This document shows positions 13,189-25,889 of a DNA stretch of 64,000 nucleotides, one piece after another. This DNA is from Paraspadella gotoi (Eukaryota > Animalia > Chaetognatha), in assembly GCA_051294375.1 (NCBI GenBank), contig CM119271.1, forward strand, positions 6,449,632 through 6,513,631. The letters run 5' to 3'. Position 1 is the first letter of the stretch. Every line of letters begins with the position of its first letter. A program made the position numbers and the translations under genes. The notes beneath the pieces were generated by a model, which saw only the letters and a list, made by a program, of their open reading frames with translations, was not told the DNA's origin and did not search any database.

Positions 13189-13487
13189 TTTTTAGTTGTG
13201 CCGCGAGTACTCGTGGAGTAACTCTATGAGTCACTTTTCGGTCGGTCTGTCGATCGGTCGGTCTGTCTGTCGGTTGGTCTATCCCACAAAATGCATATAA
13301 TTCGCCTATAGTTTATTACTCATTTGTTAAGACAGGAAAAAATCTCAAATCTAAGTGACTGCTAGCGTCGCCTTCAGGAAAACTTTAAAGAATAAAAGTC
13401 AAGATTCCGATGCAATGTGTGTTTTAAATACACGTAAAAAGAAAGTCACTGCGGCGCAACACATTTGAATTACCGTTCTTGTTTTTT
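13189..13487 (+). mobile_element. DINE-1/HINE-like (Helentron-associated) non-autonomous element
   Basis: Starts TTTTTAGTTGTGCCGCG, has a (GGTC/GTCT)n microsatellite near the 5' end, carries a subterminal inverted copy GCGGCGCAAC at 13451-13460, and ends TTCTTGTTTTTT. This matches the established DINE-1/HINE architecture. Confidence 0.6.
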
Positions 13488-13911
13488 CTACTTCTCTATA
13501 ATTTTCATTCTACATGTTTTGCACTAGTTTATAAATATTATTCTTCATTATTTAATTATTTTATTTTTTAAACCTTTTAAATTTTTTTCAACAATCAAAG
13601 CTTTTAATTTTTTTCTCTCACTTTTCAATACTTCTCTTCAAAAAGCTTTTATTCTTCGATTCATTCCCCACAAAAGGTTTTTCCTTTCTTCCTTTATTTT
13701 ATACTTTTTAACCTTTTGTTTTTAACTTTTTTTTTCAAAGCCTCCAGCTCTTTTTTTTCCTGACCTTCTCATCTCCATGTATTTTCCTTACCTTCTGTTC
13801 CCAAAAGTCTTATCTCCCTCTCGTTTTTTTTTCCTTACCTTTCCCTACCCCTTCCATACCCCTCCTTCACTCCTTCCCTACCCCCTTTCCGTTCCCCTTC
13901 CACAACAGGGA

Positions 13912-14033
13912 TTAACCCCATTAGCCTCTCGCGCCATCGACTCATCGCGTCTCCATTATTTTCCGATTCCAATCTCGTGTACAGCGAGGCCAGGATTTCC
14001 CGACAAGGGACTCGACGAGCCGCGGGGTATTAA
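13912..14033. mobile_element. Possible piggyBac-type MITE (~120 bp)
   Basis: Bounded by TTAA-CCCC and GGGG(TA)-TTAA, with loosely inverted CGACTC/GACGAG subterminal motifs. It is a GC-richer island in pyrimidine-rich flanks. Confidence 0.3.
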
Positions 14034-14648
14034 AAAAGAAGCCACTATAAAAAAAAAATCCCACGGCGCAATTATGGGACAGATCTATGAGACCTCTATG
14101 GTTTATTTTTAAGATGAGAATAAAACAAATCATGTTTGTACTAAATAAACATGTGGAACTTTAAATAATTCAAAATAAATTTTGATTGAAATAATAAAAA
14201 ACAGAAGAAATTTTAAAATATGTACTTCGTAATTGAAAAGAAAAAAAACCTTTAAAAGAAAGTCTCCAGTCCTTTCCCTTGTAGCGCACAGCGGAAAAAG
14301 AGAAAAATAAACAATGCAAAAAATGGAAATGCAAAAAAAAAATGCAAGAAGGGAAAAATAAAAAAGCGAAAAAATAGGAAATAAAAATGTAAAAAAAATG
14401 CAAAAAAAAGTGGGCGATGGAAGGAAGTCTCGAAGCCTAAGCAATAAAGCCGCACGTGTTTATTCCTTTGCTTTGATGTAAGGACCCGACGAGAGAAGGA
14501 AATCTCTCAAACTTTTTTTGTCTATTTTTTTTTCTATTTTTTTTCTTTTAGAGTTGGTGAACGCGAAATGCTTAGCAGTAGCGTTTGGGGGAAAGGTTGT
14601 TATAGTTTGTAATTTCAGTCTTGTATAGATCAAATTGTTTGTGGAGAG

Positions 14649-14723
<75 letters not shown>

Positions 14724-15030
14724 CGGGAAAATTAATATCAAATTTCTCAAGTCCCTAAAGAATTTCTAACTCTCATGGTCTAATTTTATTGGTTAAAATA
14801 AATAATAATTCAAGTGTTAGCGTTTGACCTTTTCAGCCTCGAGAAACCACGCGCTCATAAGCGTTGCCAAAAAAAAAAAAAAAAAAAGCCGGAGATCATA
14901 AATAATTCTTTTGATTACCGAATATGCTCTCCAAGCAGATTGCAAAGTAATAAACCTCGGAAAGGAATGTTCTTGCGAGACAGCGATTATTTCAGCGGCA
15001 GAAATCGAGCGTGAGAGAGAAGAGAGAGAG

Positions 15031-15076
<46 letters not shown>

Positions 15077-15747
15077 AGAGAGAAGAGAGCAGACGCGAAT
15101 GTTATTGTTATTTTAATTGTGTTTTCTTTTTCCTAAGAAATAATCTTTTCCCTTTTCTTTGCAACCGGTTTCGCCCTTTTTTCATCTTTCCCTTTATCTT
15201 TTCCAACTATTTTTATCGAACGATTTCATCCATGCTTTCGTTCATTCTTACCACCTTTCTTTTAATTTCAAACCTTTTTTTTTTTTGGTACATTTATGAT
15301 ATACTTCTTTTGTCCTGTTCAACATGCACACTTTTTTCCCCTTCGTTTCTCTTTTCACTCTTATATCCTTGACGCTCAAGTTCTCGCGATTAAACCTCTC
15401 TCTTCCTCTCTTTGTACTTCTCATTCATTTTCATACTTACTCTCATTTATTTGACCATTCAAACAACCCGGCTCCTCACCCCGGCAGCACCACCTTCACT
15501 ATATTTACCGTCACCCCGCTGTCCGAAATGAGCCTAAATGTATCGGAGAGAATCAGGACGGTCTCGAGAAATGGGAGAAGAAAACGACGACGAGTGACCG
15601 AGTTTCGTTTAATGGGAAAACTACCACAACAACAACAACAGCCTCAAAAACAACACGACGACGACGACGACACGACGACGACACGTCAAAGAACAACAAA
15701 GTCCCGTCGACGCTCAAAGAGGCAAAGATGAAACTGTTGAGCGCCAT

Positions 15748-16786
15748 TTTTCTTTTCCTCTTCTCTTTTCCTCATTATTTTCCTCTTCCTCCTCCTTATT
15801 TTCTTTTCCTCCTCCTTTTCTTATCCTCTTTTCCTCTTTTCCTCCTTTTTCTTGCTTCTCTTTTCCTATTCTCCTTCTCCTTTTCCACTTCTTTTTTCCT
15901 CTTCCCCTCCTTTCCTACTTATTTTCCCTCTTCCCCTTCTTTTCTTCTGCTCTTTCCTCTTCCTCCTCCTTTTCTTTTTCTCTTTTCCCTCCTTCTTTTT
16001 TCCTTTTTCCACTTCTTTTTTCTCTCTTCCTCTTCCTTTTATTCTTCTATTTTCTCTTCCCTTCCTTTTCTTCTTATCTTTTCCTTTTGCTCCTCCTTTC
16101 TTTTTTTTCTTTTCCTCTTCCTTTTCCTTTTCCACTTCTTTTTCCTCTTTCCTCTTCCTTTTATTCTTCTATTTTCCTCTTCCTCCTCCTTTCCTTCATA
16201 TTTTTTTCCTCCTCCTTTTCTTTTTCTCTTTCCCTCTTCCTTTTCTTTTTCCACTTCTTTTTCCTCTTCCTCTTCCTTTTATTCTTCTATTTTCCTCTTC
16301 TTCTACTTTTATTCTTCTATTTTCCTCTTCCTCTTCCTTTCTCTTTCTTTCCTCTTCCTCTTCCTTTTCTTCTTTACTTTTCCTTTTCCTCCTTCTTTTC
16401 TTTTTCTCTTTCCCTCGTCCTCCTTTCCTCCATATTTTTTTCTCCTTCTTTCCTCCTTATTTTTCCTTTTCCTCCTCCTTTTCCCTTATTTTCCTTTTCC
16501 CCATTTTTTCTTTTCTCCTTTCCGCTTCCTTCTCCTCTTTCCACTTCTTTTTCCTCTTCCTCCTCCTTTCCTCCTTTTTTTTTCTTCCTTCTTCTTTCCT
16601 CATTATTTTTCTTTTCCTCCTCCTTTTCCTTCTATTTTCCTTTCCTCCTTTTTTTTCTCTTCTCCTTTCCGCTTCTTCTCCTTTTCCACTTCTTTTTTCC
16701 TCTTTCTCCTCCTTTCCTCCTTTTTCTCCTTCCTTCTTCTTTTCCTCTTTCTTTCCCGCTCCCCTTCAGCTTTTCTTCCTTATCTT
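15748..16786. repeat. ~1 kb polypyrimidine/polypurine low-complexity tract (TTCCTC-based)
   Basis: Almost exclusively C/T on the + strand; source of the F/L/S/P-rich ORFs. Confidence 0.95.
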
Positions 16787-17063
16787 TAGCGCTTTAAATT
16801 TTTTATTCCGGATATTTTTGTTAAACCAAGTTTAATATCAAATTCCTCCCAAATTTGTTCTGCTTCTTCATTCTCCTTCCTCGTCCTTCTTCTTCTCTTG
16901 TAATTCCTCCTCTTCTCTGCATACATCTTCTTCTTTTTTCTCTCTCTTCGTCTCCTGTTTCTCCCCTCAATTGCTCTCTCGTGCCTCCCCGCAGACATTT
17001 TGCCAAATTCCTTTAAAACGATCTCTTTTTGGCTCAAACTCATCCAGTTACGATCACGCCTCT

Positions 17064-17145
<82 letters not shown>

Positions 17146-17688
17146 AATGTAAAATCTATGAGAAAACAAGAGCGAGAAAGACCGTGAGAAACTGGAAAGT
17201 TTATCGGCAAATGGAATTGAGATTGAGACATAAAAAATTCATAGACTCTCCTCTCTCTCTCTCTCTCCGCTCTTCTCTCTCTCTCTCTCTTCGCTCTCTC
17301 TCTCTCTCTCTCTCTCCGCTCTCTCCTCTCTCTCTCTCTCTCTCGCCCTCTCGTCTCTCTCTCTCTCGCTCTCTCTCTCTCTTCTACAAGAAACGGAGGG
17401 AGCAAAACGTTGCTTTTTTATTCGATTTCTTTTAAGTCTCATCTTTAAATTTTAAATGCGGTTCGAACGCAAACAGGAAAAATACATATGAAAAAAACTA
17501 CGCGCAACTCGTAATTCCATTTTCTATTGGAGAAAAAAATGATTTCAATTTTTAAAATTTTTAAAAGAGTCGTCGTATTGCGTGGAATCTACCTTGAATT
17601 TGAAAGTTGAAAAAAAAAGATAGAAGTAAAGAAATAATAAATTAATAATAATAATAATAATAATAAGTAATAATAAAATATAATAATA

Positions 17689-17722
<34 letters not shown>

Positions 17723-18750
17723 TAATAATAATTTAGTTCAGTGCTTTAGTACAGAAATGTATAGAGAGAAAGAGCGACGACGATTAACGAAAAAAAAAAA
17801 CAGAAAAAATAACAAAAAACGATAACGAATCAAAACTGTTTTACAGAAACAAAAAAATGATTTCGCCGTTTTTCTTTTTTTTTTTTCCTTCCGTTAATTA
17901 TGCCGTAGCGCGAGTGATTTTCCCACCGATAGAAGATAATGAGCGTTTTCCTTTGGCGCGTGAGATGGCGTTAACGATGGCGCCGCCATCTCTCTTCTTG
18001 CTTTGCCATACGCCACGTGGTGTTCTCGAAGGCCAATGCCATTCCAAATGCCATTGGCTTCCCGCAAATGTCTTTCCTTGATTCCGTTTCCTCCTTCTTT
18101 TCCGCCAACAAAGATTTTGATTGGGAAACAATCCTCGTTTATGAAGCGAACGAGAAAAAGAAAAAAAAATTTCTCTCCAATTTCTTCTCAGTCAATCGAG
18201 CGGAAATTATGAGGAATTCTTAGAAAACGATTTCAGGCTATTTTTGGAGGAAAATTTGCATTTTTTTTAAAATTCCATTTATTAAAACCTATTTAGGGTC
18301 TTTGGTGCCCTGAGTACACCTTAAACTGAAAATTTTTGGAAAAGCACATATAGTTTAGAACGAATAGGGTTTAAATCTGTGTAATTTGGGACTAGCAGAA
18401 TTTTCCTCCCTCAATTTAACTTAGTTTAATGATAACTGTTTCTGCACCCAAGACCCAAGTGAAGAAATCTTTCAAAGTACGTTGAGGACAAAAGTTACAG
18501 ACAAAATACTGATACTAAATTTTTTTATACGTTTATAAGCTACATGCCTTTGGACATCATCACTCTTACTAGAAAATAGAACAGCAGGACCCAGGACCCA
18601 GCTTTCAATAGAGACTCTCTCACAGTGTGGTTTTTTCACTCCCAAAGTCCTTGGCTTCCCTATGATGTTTTATGAACTGTTTCTTTTAGTCTTTAATAGA
18701 AAAAGATGTAATATAAATGAAAAATACAAAGCTTAATATCCGTATGTAAT
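17146..18750 (-). repeat. Inverted, diverged copy of 38050-39710 (part of the ~7.4 kb unit)
   Basis: 17151 AAAATCTATGAGAAAACAAGAGCGAGA is close to the reverse complement of ~39675-39705. 18541-18750 matches the reverse complement of 38050-38270. Confidence 0.92.
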
Positions 18751-20136
18751 TTTTGTTAGTATATTTTAATTAGCCTCCAATTTAGTATTAACTTTCGTTC
18801 AAATTTTTTGTCTCTCTAAAAATTTCTCAGTTCCAAAGTTTAATATTTCATAGATTCCCAGGCTCACGCCTATTTTGTAAACATTTTGTCATAAGTAGAA
18901 GAAAACAAAGGAGAGAGCGAGAGGCGAGCCGAGAATTTTAGTGTATTCATTTTTGAGATCTCAAGGATTAAGACGCAATATTTTATCACTGTTTAATTTC
19001 TAACTACAACTTTGGCAATAATAACAATTATTGTCCAGGTAACCTTCAAAAATTAAGAAACTTCAGTCAATTATGTAATTATCCTAGCTCTCCACTCAAT
19101 CCGGTCATCTTTTGGGGCCAACAGACCAACGTTACAAAATCCTGGTGGCCAGCGTTGTTGTCGCGTTAAAACGGATAACAGCCTCGAAGTTAATCTGTGG
19201 CGTACGGATATTTTTTTTGTCGCGAGTTGATAAGGGGCGTAACATAAGATTTTTTTTTCTTTCCCAATGAAACGAAATGCATTGTAAAGTGAAGAAATTT
19301 TCTAAAAACGTTTAGTAATATTTTTTTCTGTTTTTATTTAGCCGTCTCTGACATTAGAATATGGTTTATGGATTGGAAAAAGAAACAATTTTTTTGGAAT
19401 GTGTTCTTTACTCTCGAAAACCCCAAATCATTAACCAAGCCAAATAAATAGATCACGGGCGACCTTTCTTATAATGTAGTTGAATTCATGTCAACCTGGC
19501 TAAGACCGATATTTTTATTTCACAACGGCACATCACTCGGACGTCAGTTCATGTTCCGACAACAAGCGATTATCATCCAGTTTTCTTCCTTGAATTCCTC
19601 AAGTCATAGATTATCTTTCCAACCAACTGCAAAAGAATAATTTAATATTTTCATGATTACCAATTCTTTCGGAATTTTTGTTTTCGAACATCCTCACTAA
19701 TTGGAACACTGAGGATCGAACGAATGGAATACAATCACTAAAGTTTTTCGACTTTTCGACTAGGACATTAGAATGATTTACTCATTGTAAAAAAAAAGAA
19801 TTAAGTGGTAAACGATGTGATGCTATGTTTAACCGAAATTTCGACGTTTTGGTTAATTATTATATTTTTTCCTTTTCTCGGTTCCTATTTAAATTATTTT
19901 TTCCGGCATGAATATTTGTTTCGTTTTATTTTTAAAAACGGTTGAAAAACGAACAAATGACTATTTGGGTAACAAAGATAGTAAGCACCCGAGGGTGTAC
20001 AAACAAGCAATTGGCAATTGGGTCGAATAATGAGTTTGAGACATAATATTTTTCCTCCTTCCTATTAGGCGGGGGAGGGAAAGCGTACTAAAGAAATAAA
20101 AAATTATCTGAGTAAACGAATTTTTATATAGTTTAG

Positions 20137-21220
20137 GATTGCAAGAACCAGAACCAGTTAGGTATTTCGAATTTCGATTACGGATTCACGACGTATTGGC
20201 GAAAGACTGCCTCTTACGACCCGATATAAAATCACTACAAAATTTAAAACAAACAAAACAAAAATGTCTTCTCGCGATGATTTTTGATCGTAACCCGAAC
20301 GCAAGAGAGGAATCGACGTCGTGCAAATTGTGCGGCGCAGTCCCATGGGATACAGGCAGTTGGCGGAGGATGGATGCACGGGAAGTGGCAAGGTGTCTGA
20401 AGCATCTCATGCCGGAGCAACACGAAATGATGATTGAAATATCAATTTTTATATACACGAACACTGGGCCGGACGATCGTGGACGAGAGACGACGAGACG
20501 CGGTTGATCGGAGGACATTCTAACCATTGCATGCCTTGTCAATGGCTCCCAGCAGACTCAGGGGCCTCGAATGTGGGCACGATCACCGCTCCGAGTATGG
20601 ATTTCCCCTCTGAGATTGGCGCGTCCAGACGACACGGTGCCAGACGCAGAGCATTGTAAAGCCGCACGCGAACGCGCTTTCGACGCGTACGAGACGGGAG
20701 GACCTCTTTGCCGAGGTTAGAGCAGGCCGTCGCATTCGACGATGGCTGACGGCGTCGTTGGAAACCGCGCGCGCCCGCCGACTGTGTGTTCATTTTCCGG
20801 AAGAACATCAGAACGGCCAAATCTAGCGCAACACCGATCGACCAGTCGGTAGCCGCCGAGAAGGCCGCACGCAGCACGCATCCAGCAGGATACGCAGACT
20901 GTGACCCTCACTACGTGTCTCCGGCCGCTTCGGCGGGAGCTATTTTGGTGGTCGCTGCTGGAGAATGCCATGATTTGTCGTCTTATTTCGGCTCTGATTA
21001 CGAATTCCCCCGGAATGGCAAACAAACTAACACACGATCCTTCGGCAGGAATTAGCGTTCGTGAGGGCGTGGCGACCGCCGAACGCGGAAGCAATTTCCG
21101 GGAAGTGCCGCAGTTGACGTCTTTGGGGCTTAATCTCGAATGCTTCTGTGCCATGCAGCCGGCGGTGCGCGCCGCCCGCGGCCGCCAGGAATTTTGGCTT
21201 CGAGAGGCTCTGGCGGGGCG
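20137..21220 (+). mobile_element. hAT-superfamily transposase remnant (BED zinc finger and N-terminal part of the catalytic domain), frameshifted and cut by a gap
   Basis: BED-like CKLC...CLKHLM..QH in ORF 20139-20507. KNIRTAKS...IDQ...GY..VT.HYVS resembles the hAT D-x-W...vt.Hy motif (~20800-20920). VAT.E.GSNFR resembles the DxGxN motif (~21070-21100). LECFC..Q.AV resembles the C..H.LQLAV motif (~21135-21170). Confidence 0.62.
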
Positions 21221-21245
21221 NNNNNNNNNNNNNNNNNNNNNNNNN

Positions 21246-22155
21246 GTGTTTCGTTAGATTTGGTTGGATTCAAAGAGAAATGCCATCAGGTTCCGATCAT
21301 TGGGTGCCGTGGATCGATCCCCTGGTATAAGGACGGCCGTAAGNNNNNNNNNNNNNNNNNNNNNNNNNNNNNNNNNNNNNNNNNNNNNNNNNNNNNNNNN
21401 NNNNNNNNNNNNNNNNNNNNNNNNNNNNNNNNNNNNNNNNNNNNNNNNNNNNNNNNNNNNNNNNNNNNNNNNNNNNNNNNNNNNNNNNNNNNNNNNNNNN
21501 NNNNNNNNNNNNNNNNNNNNNNNNNNNNNNNNNNNNNNNNNNNNNNNNNNNNNNNNNNNGTTCGATTATTAAGCGGTAGAATTATCTGTTTTAGCGACTG
21601 TCCTCAACTTTAGCGTAATTGGTTGGGAAAAATAAAACTTAAATTTTTTCTGTCTTTCACTCTCAATAAAAGCTTCATCAAATACAATTAGCTAATTCTA
21701 TTTCCATTCGCCTTTCAGATATCAATAAATGGCATTATCTCATTTGTTTCGTCTTTTTCATCGTGCCACCGTTTAATTATTCATTTATTTTAAAATTAAA
21801 CAGTGTCTATAGGCAAAATGAGTCCTAATGTCTTGTTATTTCGTAATTTAGAATCATAGACAGTGAGAGAATCATTAGACACTGTTTCATCTGCTTCTCC
21901 GTCGCCATCTTCGTCGTAATCAGTTTTCTCTTCTGTCAAGTGCGTCGTCGTCGTCGCTGTCGTCGTCTTCNNNNNNNNNNNNNNNNNNNNNNNNNNNNNN
22001 NNNNNNNNNNNNNNNNNNNNNNNNNNNNNNNNNNNNNNNNNNNNNNNNNNNNNNNNNNNNNNNNNNNNNNNNNNNNNNNNNNNNNNNNNNNNNNNNNNNN
22101 NNNNNNNNNNNNNNNNNNNNNNNNNNNNNNNNNNNNNNNNNNNNNNNNNNNNNNN

Positions 22156-22188
<33 letters not shown>

Positions 22189-22303
22189 TACCAGCTATTT
22201 CGAAGGTGTCGCCTCTTCTTGTCAAAAATTGTGAAACTTTATTGAAAAAAAACTTGGTTCATGTGAAAAAAATGGCAGGAACGGAAGAAGAGAACGGAAA
22301 AAA

Positions 22304-22347
<44 letters not shown>

Positions 22348-22512
22348 GAGAAAGAAAGAAAAAAAGAAAAAAGCTGAGAAAAGAAAGAAAGGGGGAAAAC
22401 CTGAGGGGATAAAATTTAACAACTCAAAGACAACATGAGACAGGAAGTGGAAAAATAGTTGCTTGGAAACGTTTTGAAAAATTTCACGCAAATTCTCTTT
22501 TTCTCTCTCTCT
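21246..22512 (-). repeat. Inverted copy of 35040-36955, gapped
   Basis: 21246-21343 matches the reverse complement of ~36850-36955, 21560-21970 of ~36250-36640, and 22156-22510 of ~35040-35400. Confidence 0.92.
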
Positions 22513-22779
22513 NNNNNNNNNNNNNNNNNNNNNNNNNCTCTCTTTCTCCTCCTCCTCTTTTCATTCTCTCTCCTCTCCTTTCATCCTACTCTCTCTCTCT
22601 TCTCTCTCTCTCCTCTCTCTCTCTCCTCTCATCATTTTCCTCTTACTTTTTCCTTTCGCTCTCACTCTCCATTCTCTCCTCTCTCTTGTCTCCTCTTCCT
22701 CCCTCTCTTCTCTCTTCTCATCCTCTCTCTCTCTCTCCTCCCTCTCTCTCATTTTCTCATCTAACTTTTTTCTTTCGCT

Positions 22780-23245
22780 ATCCTCTCTCATTCTCCTCTC
22801 TCTCTCTCTCTCTCATCTTCTCTCTCTCTCTCTCATCTCTCTCTCTCCCTCTCTCTCTCTCGCTCTCCTCTTCAACTTTCTCTCTCGCTAACGCATATTT
22901 TTAAGCGTGAATGAGCCTCGGAAGCCAAATATTTTTTTTCCGGCAGAGGGGAACAAAGAGGAAGGAAAGGAGAAACAGGTGGAGGGAGGGAGTGAGGGAG
23001 AAGGAGGAGGAGAGGAGGAGAAGGAGGAAGAGGATGAGAGTTTTCTCCCAAATAATCCTCGTCTTTTCGCGCGAACATCAAAAGATTGACTCGCTGGCTC
23101 GCTGGGCTCCGGGCGAGGTTGACCCGAAACCGGACTCTACAATCCCTATCAAATCCTGTAAGACCCGAATGGATTTGAATGACGAGACGTATCATGAGGC
23201 TCTCTCCCTTTCTCTCTCTCTCTCTCTCTTCCTCTCTCTCTCTCT
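22780..23245 (+). repeat. Diverged direct copy of ~33950-34400; left flank of the TIR insertion
   Basis: Shared GCCTCGGAAGCCAAATATTT...GGGAACAAAGAGGAA...GATTTGAATGACGAGA.GTATCATGAG with 34099-34376. Confidence 0.9.
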
Positions 23246-25778
23246 CATGGCTATACTCAGAAGCCTCGAATCTGCGCAGGGCCTCCGGGAGCAGCACGCG
23301 CCGGCCGTATCGAGCTTTTCCAGCCTCGATCTTTCGCCTCGGCTCACTTACTCCTCTCTCTTCCTTCTCCCTATCTCCGGATCCGCGAGGCAGAGGTCGA
23401 TCTCCGATCGGAGCTGCAGCCGCGAAACTTTACTCTTTTTCTCTCTCTCTTACCCTCGTCACGCCGAGGCCTTTCTTTCTCTTCTCCCCGAGCGGATCGA
23501 TCATGGGTTCCGCGCGGATCCCGGGAGTCTCTCTTTTAAAAGAGATAAGGCCTTTTTGAAAATAATTTAAAATTATTGTAGGGTCATTTCATGTTGTCAA
23601 AAAAAAAAAGAAGAAAAAAAGAAAGAAAGAAAAAATGAGAAGGAGAAAGAAAGAAGGAAAAAAATAATTAAAAAATTTAGACACAATTTTTTTTAATATT
23701 AAATTTGAGGTTAAATATTAATATTAAAAAGATATCTAACAAAAGATAAATATGCTGAAACAATTGAAAAAATGAAAAGATAAAATGGAATCGGCAAATG
23801 AGATGATATATATTTTTGCATTTTTGTTATAAAGAGTAGAAAAATTTTAAAATCAAGTAGAATCAAAAATTCGAGCTTGGCGCTGTGAATATTTTTAAAT
23901 AAATGTTTTTTTATTTTCCGCAGAGACCATATTTAAATATATATATATAATTATATATATATAATTAATTTAATTTAATTCGATTGACTAAATATAAAAT
24001 TTCCAAAAAAAGTTATAGCACAGGTTTTTAAAAGGTTTGTCCTTTTGTCTCAGAAAGCTTCCTGAGTCCGTACTGTTTTGAGAATGGTCGCCTTAATGCT
24101 TAACCAGGAGTGGTAGCAAAGTTTGAAAACAAAAAAAGAGCCCGTGCAAACATTTGGTTCTGGGAATCCTAAGGTACCTACTACTACTACTAGCTTTAAT
24201 TAATTAAATCCATTTATAATGCAAGGTTAATAAATCAGTATAATTTTTTCCTTGTTTGTATTTCCTGTAATTAAGGTGGAGATATCTCTGAGTACCTTAC
24301 ATAGAGAAATTAAGTTGTGGCTCATTTTGAAACCCGACTGTGGGCAATCTGACATTATCAATTTTTCATCACTCAATTCTCTTCTTCTTCTAACTCCTCT
24401 ATCTTTTCTATCCTATTCATATTCTAAATGTCTTTAGTATACTTCTCGCCCACCAATGAGGTCTTTGAATTTGAAGCATCAACTTATGATTTCTTTACCT
24501 TTTAATATTCACAAATCACAATCAATTAAAACTAGGTTAATTTAAAAAAAAACATAGTAATTAAGGGGCACTTTTTGGGCATAGTAAAGTTTAATTATCT
24601 TTTTGATAATTACGAGCGCATAAGAACAATTACACGCTTAAATATTTCGGATTGGACCTGAATCGAAAGCAACCCGTAAAACTTTACCCAAGCACTTGAA
24701 TCCGTTTGTTTGTTTGTGGATACAAAATACGTTTACAATTAGTTCGATACAATAACAATGTTAAATACATGTCGAACGAAAGGTACAATTGAGTATGTTT
24801 ACAAACCGGTAATGATCATCATTGGTACATTGAATATCTACAAATAAAACATTTAAAAAACGGTTTTCAATCTTCAGAGGCTGTTAAATCTTTTAGTCTG
24901 GTGGCTTTTTCGTTAAGCTCCTCGATTTCGTTGGTTTTCGCCGGCTCTGCAATGCGCGTTGAGGCGAAGATATTTTGTTCCGTTCCCGTGAATCCGACAG
25001 CGTCTTCAGTACAAAATGCAGCCCTATTGTCAGCTCTATAAGTGGTATCGAACTTCATATTTTTTTAATTCTATTACTTTTTTAACTTCTCATTAATAAA
25101 AAGATCTTTTTTAAAAATGTTAACAATTTTGTTAAATTTTGAAAATGGCTTTTTTCTAATTTAGAATATATTGTTGTTATGGATTCAGCTTGGATTTCTT
25201 TGTTTTTTCTTAATTTGTTTTCATTGGTGATTATTTCAAGAAGCCTTTACTTTTTACTCAAATTCATTATTATTTTTCGCCTCATAGAATTAAAGAAAAA
25301 TTTTGTTGAAATACTTGAATACTGCTAATTACATAAAATAGAACGTCGTTAATTAAAGTTAGTGTAGTTTTCTTTGATTACCATGAGAGTTCCAAAAAAT
25401 GAATAACTAAAATCTTATCACAAATTAGTTAATTATCAACAAAAAAAATTATTCAAGTTTAATTTATAATAATTGAATGAGAATAAGAGAGGAGGGAATG
25501 ACAAAATAATACATTAAAAAGGAAAACAAAGGATAGAAAAGAGAGAGAGACGGCAAGAGCAAGAGGAGAGAGAGAGAGAGAGAGAAGAGAGAGAGGAGAG
25601 AGAGATATCCGCCCCGATCGCTCGGACTTCGACGGAAGAAGCCCGACTCAAACCACGTAGAAAGAGAAATCTCCCCGTCGAGCGGAAAGAAGCCGGAAGG
25701 AAGAAGTGAGTCGATCGAAGCCGCGCGCCGGCCCCTCCGGGTCTAAGACGGGCTGCGTTCGGGAGAGCTGAGTATATG
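23246..25778. mobile_element. ~2.5 kb TIR-bounded DNA-transposon-like insertion, unclassified
   Basis: Termini CATGGC-TATACTCAG (23246-23260) and CTGAGTATA-TG (25768-25778), with imperfect GC-rich inverted arms (23246-23530 vs 25605-25778) around an AT-rich interior. It is absent from the homologous (CT)n site at ~34377-34490 and 41831-41944. Confidence 0.62.
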
Positions 25779-25889
25779 ACTCCTCTTCTCTCACTCTCTC
25801 TCTCCTCTCTCTCTCTCCTTCGTCTCTTCTTTCTTCCTCCTCTTCTCCTCTCCCATCCTCTCTCTCTTCATCTCTCCTCTTTCCTTCGT

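Noticed and set aside
15728-16835. Long 353 aa and 327 aa hydrophobic ORFs
   Set aside because: A polypyrimidine tract lacks stop codons in all frames; this is low-complexity read-through.
21258-21343. WYKDG as evidence of an immunoglobulin domain
   Set aside because: Cys-Trp spacing is too short for a typical I-set domain and an alternative frame is also open, so the product is left unassigned.
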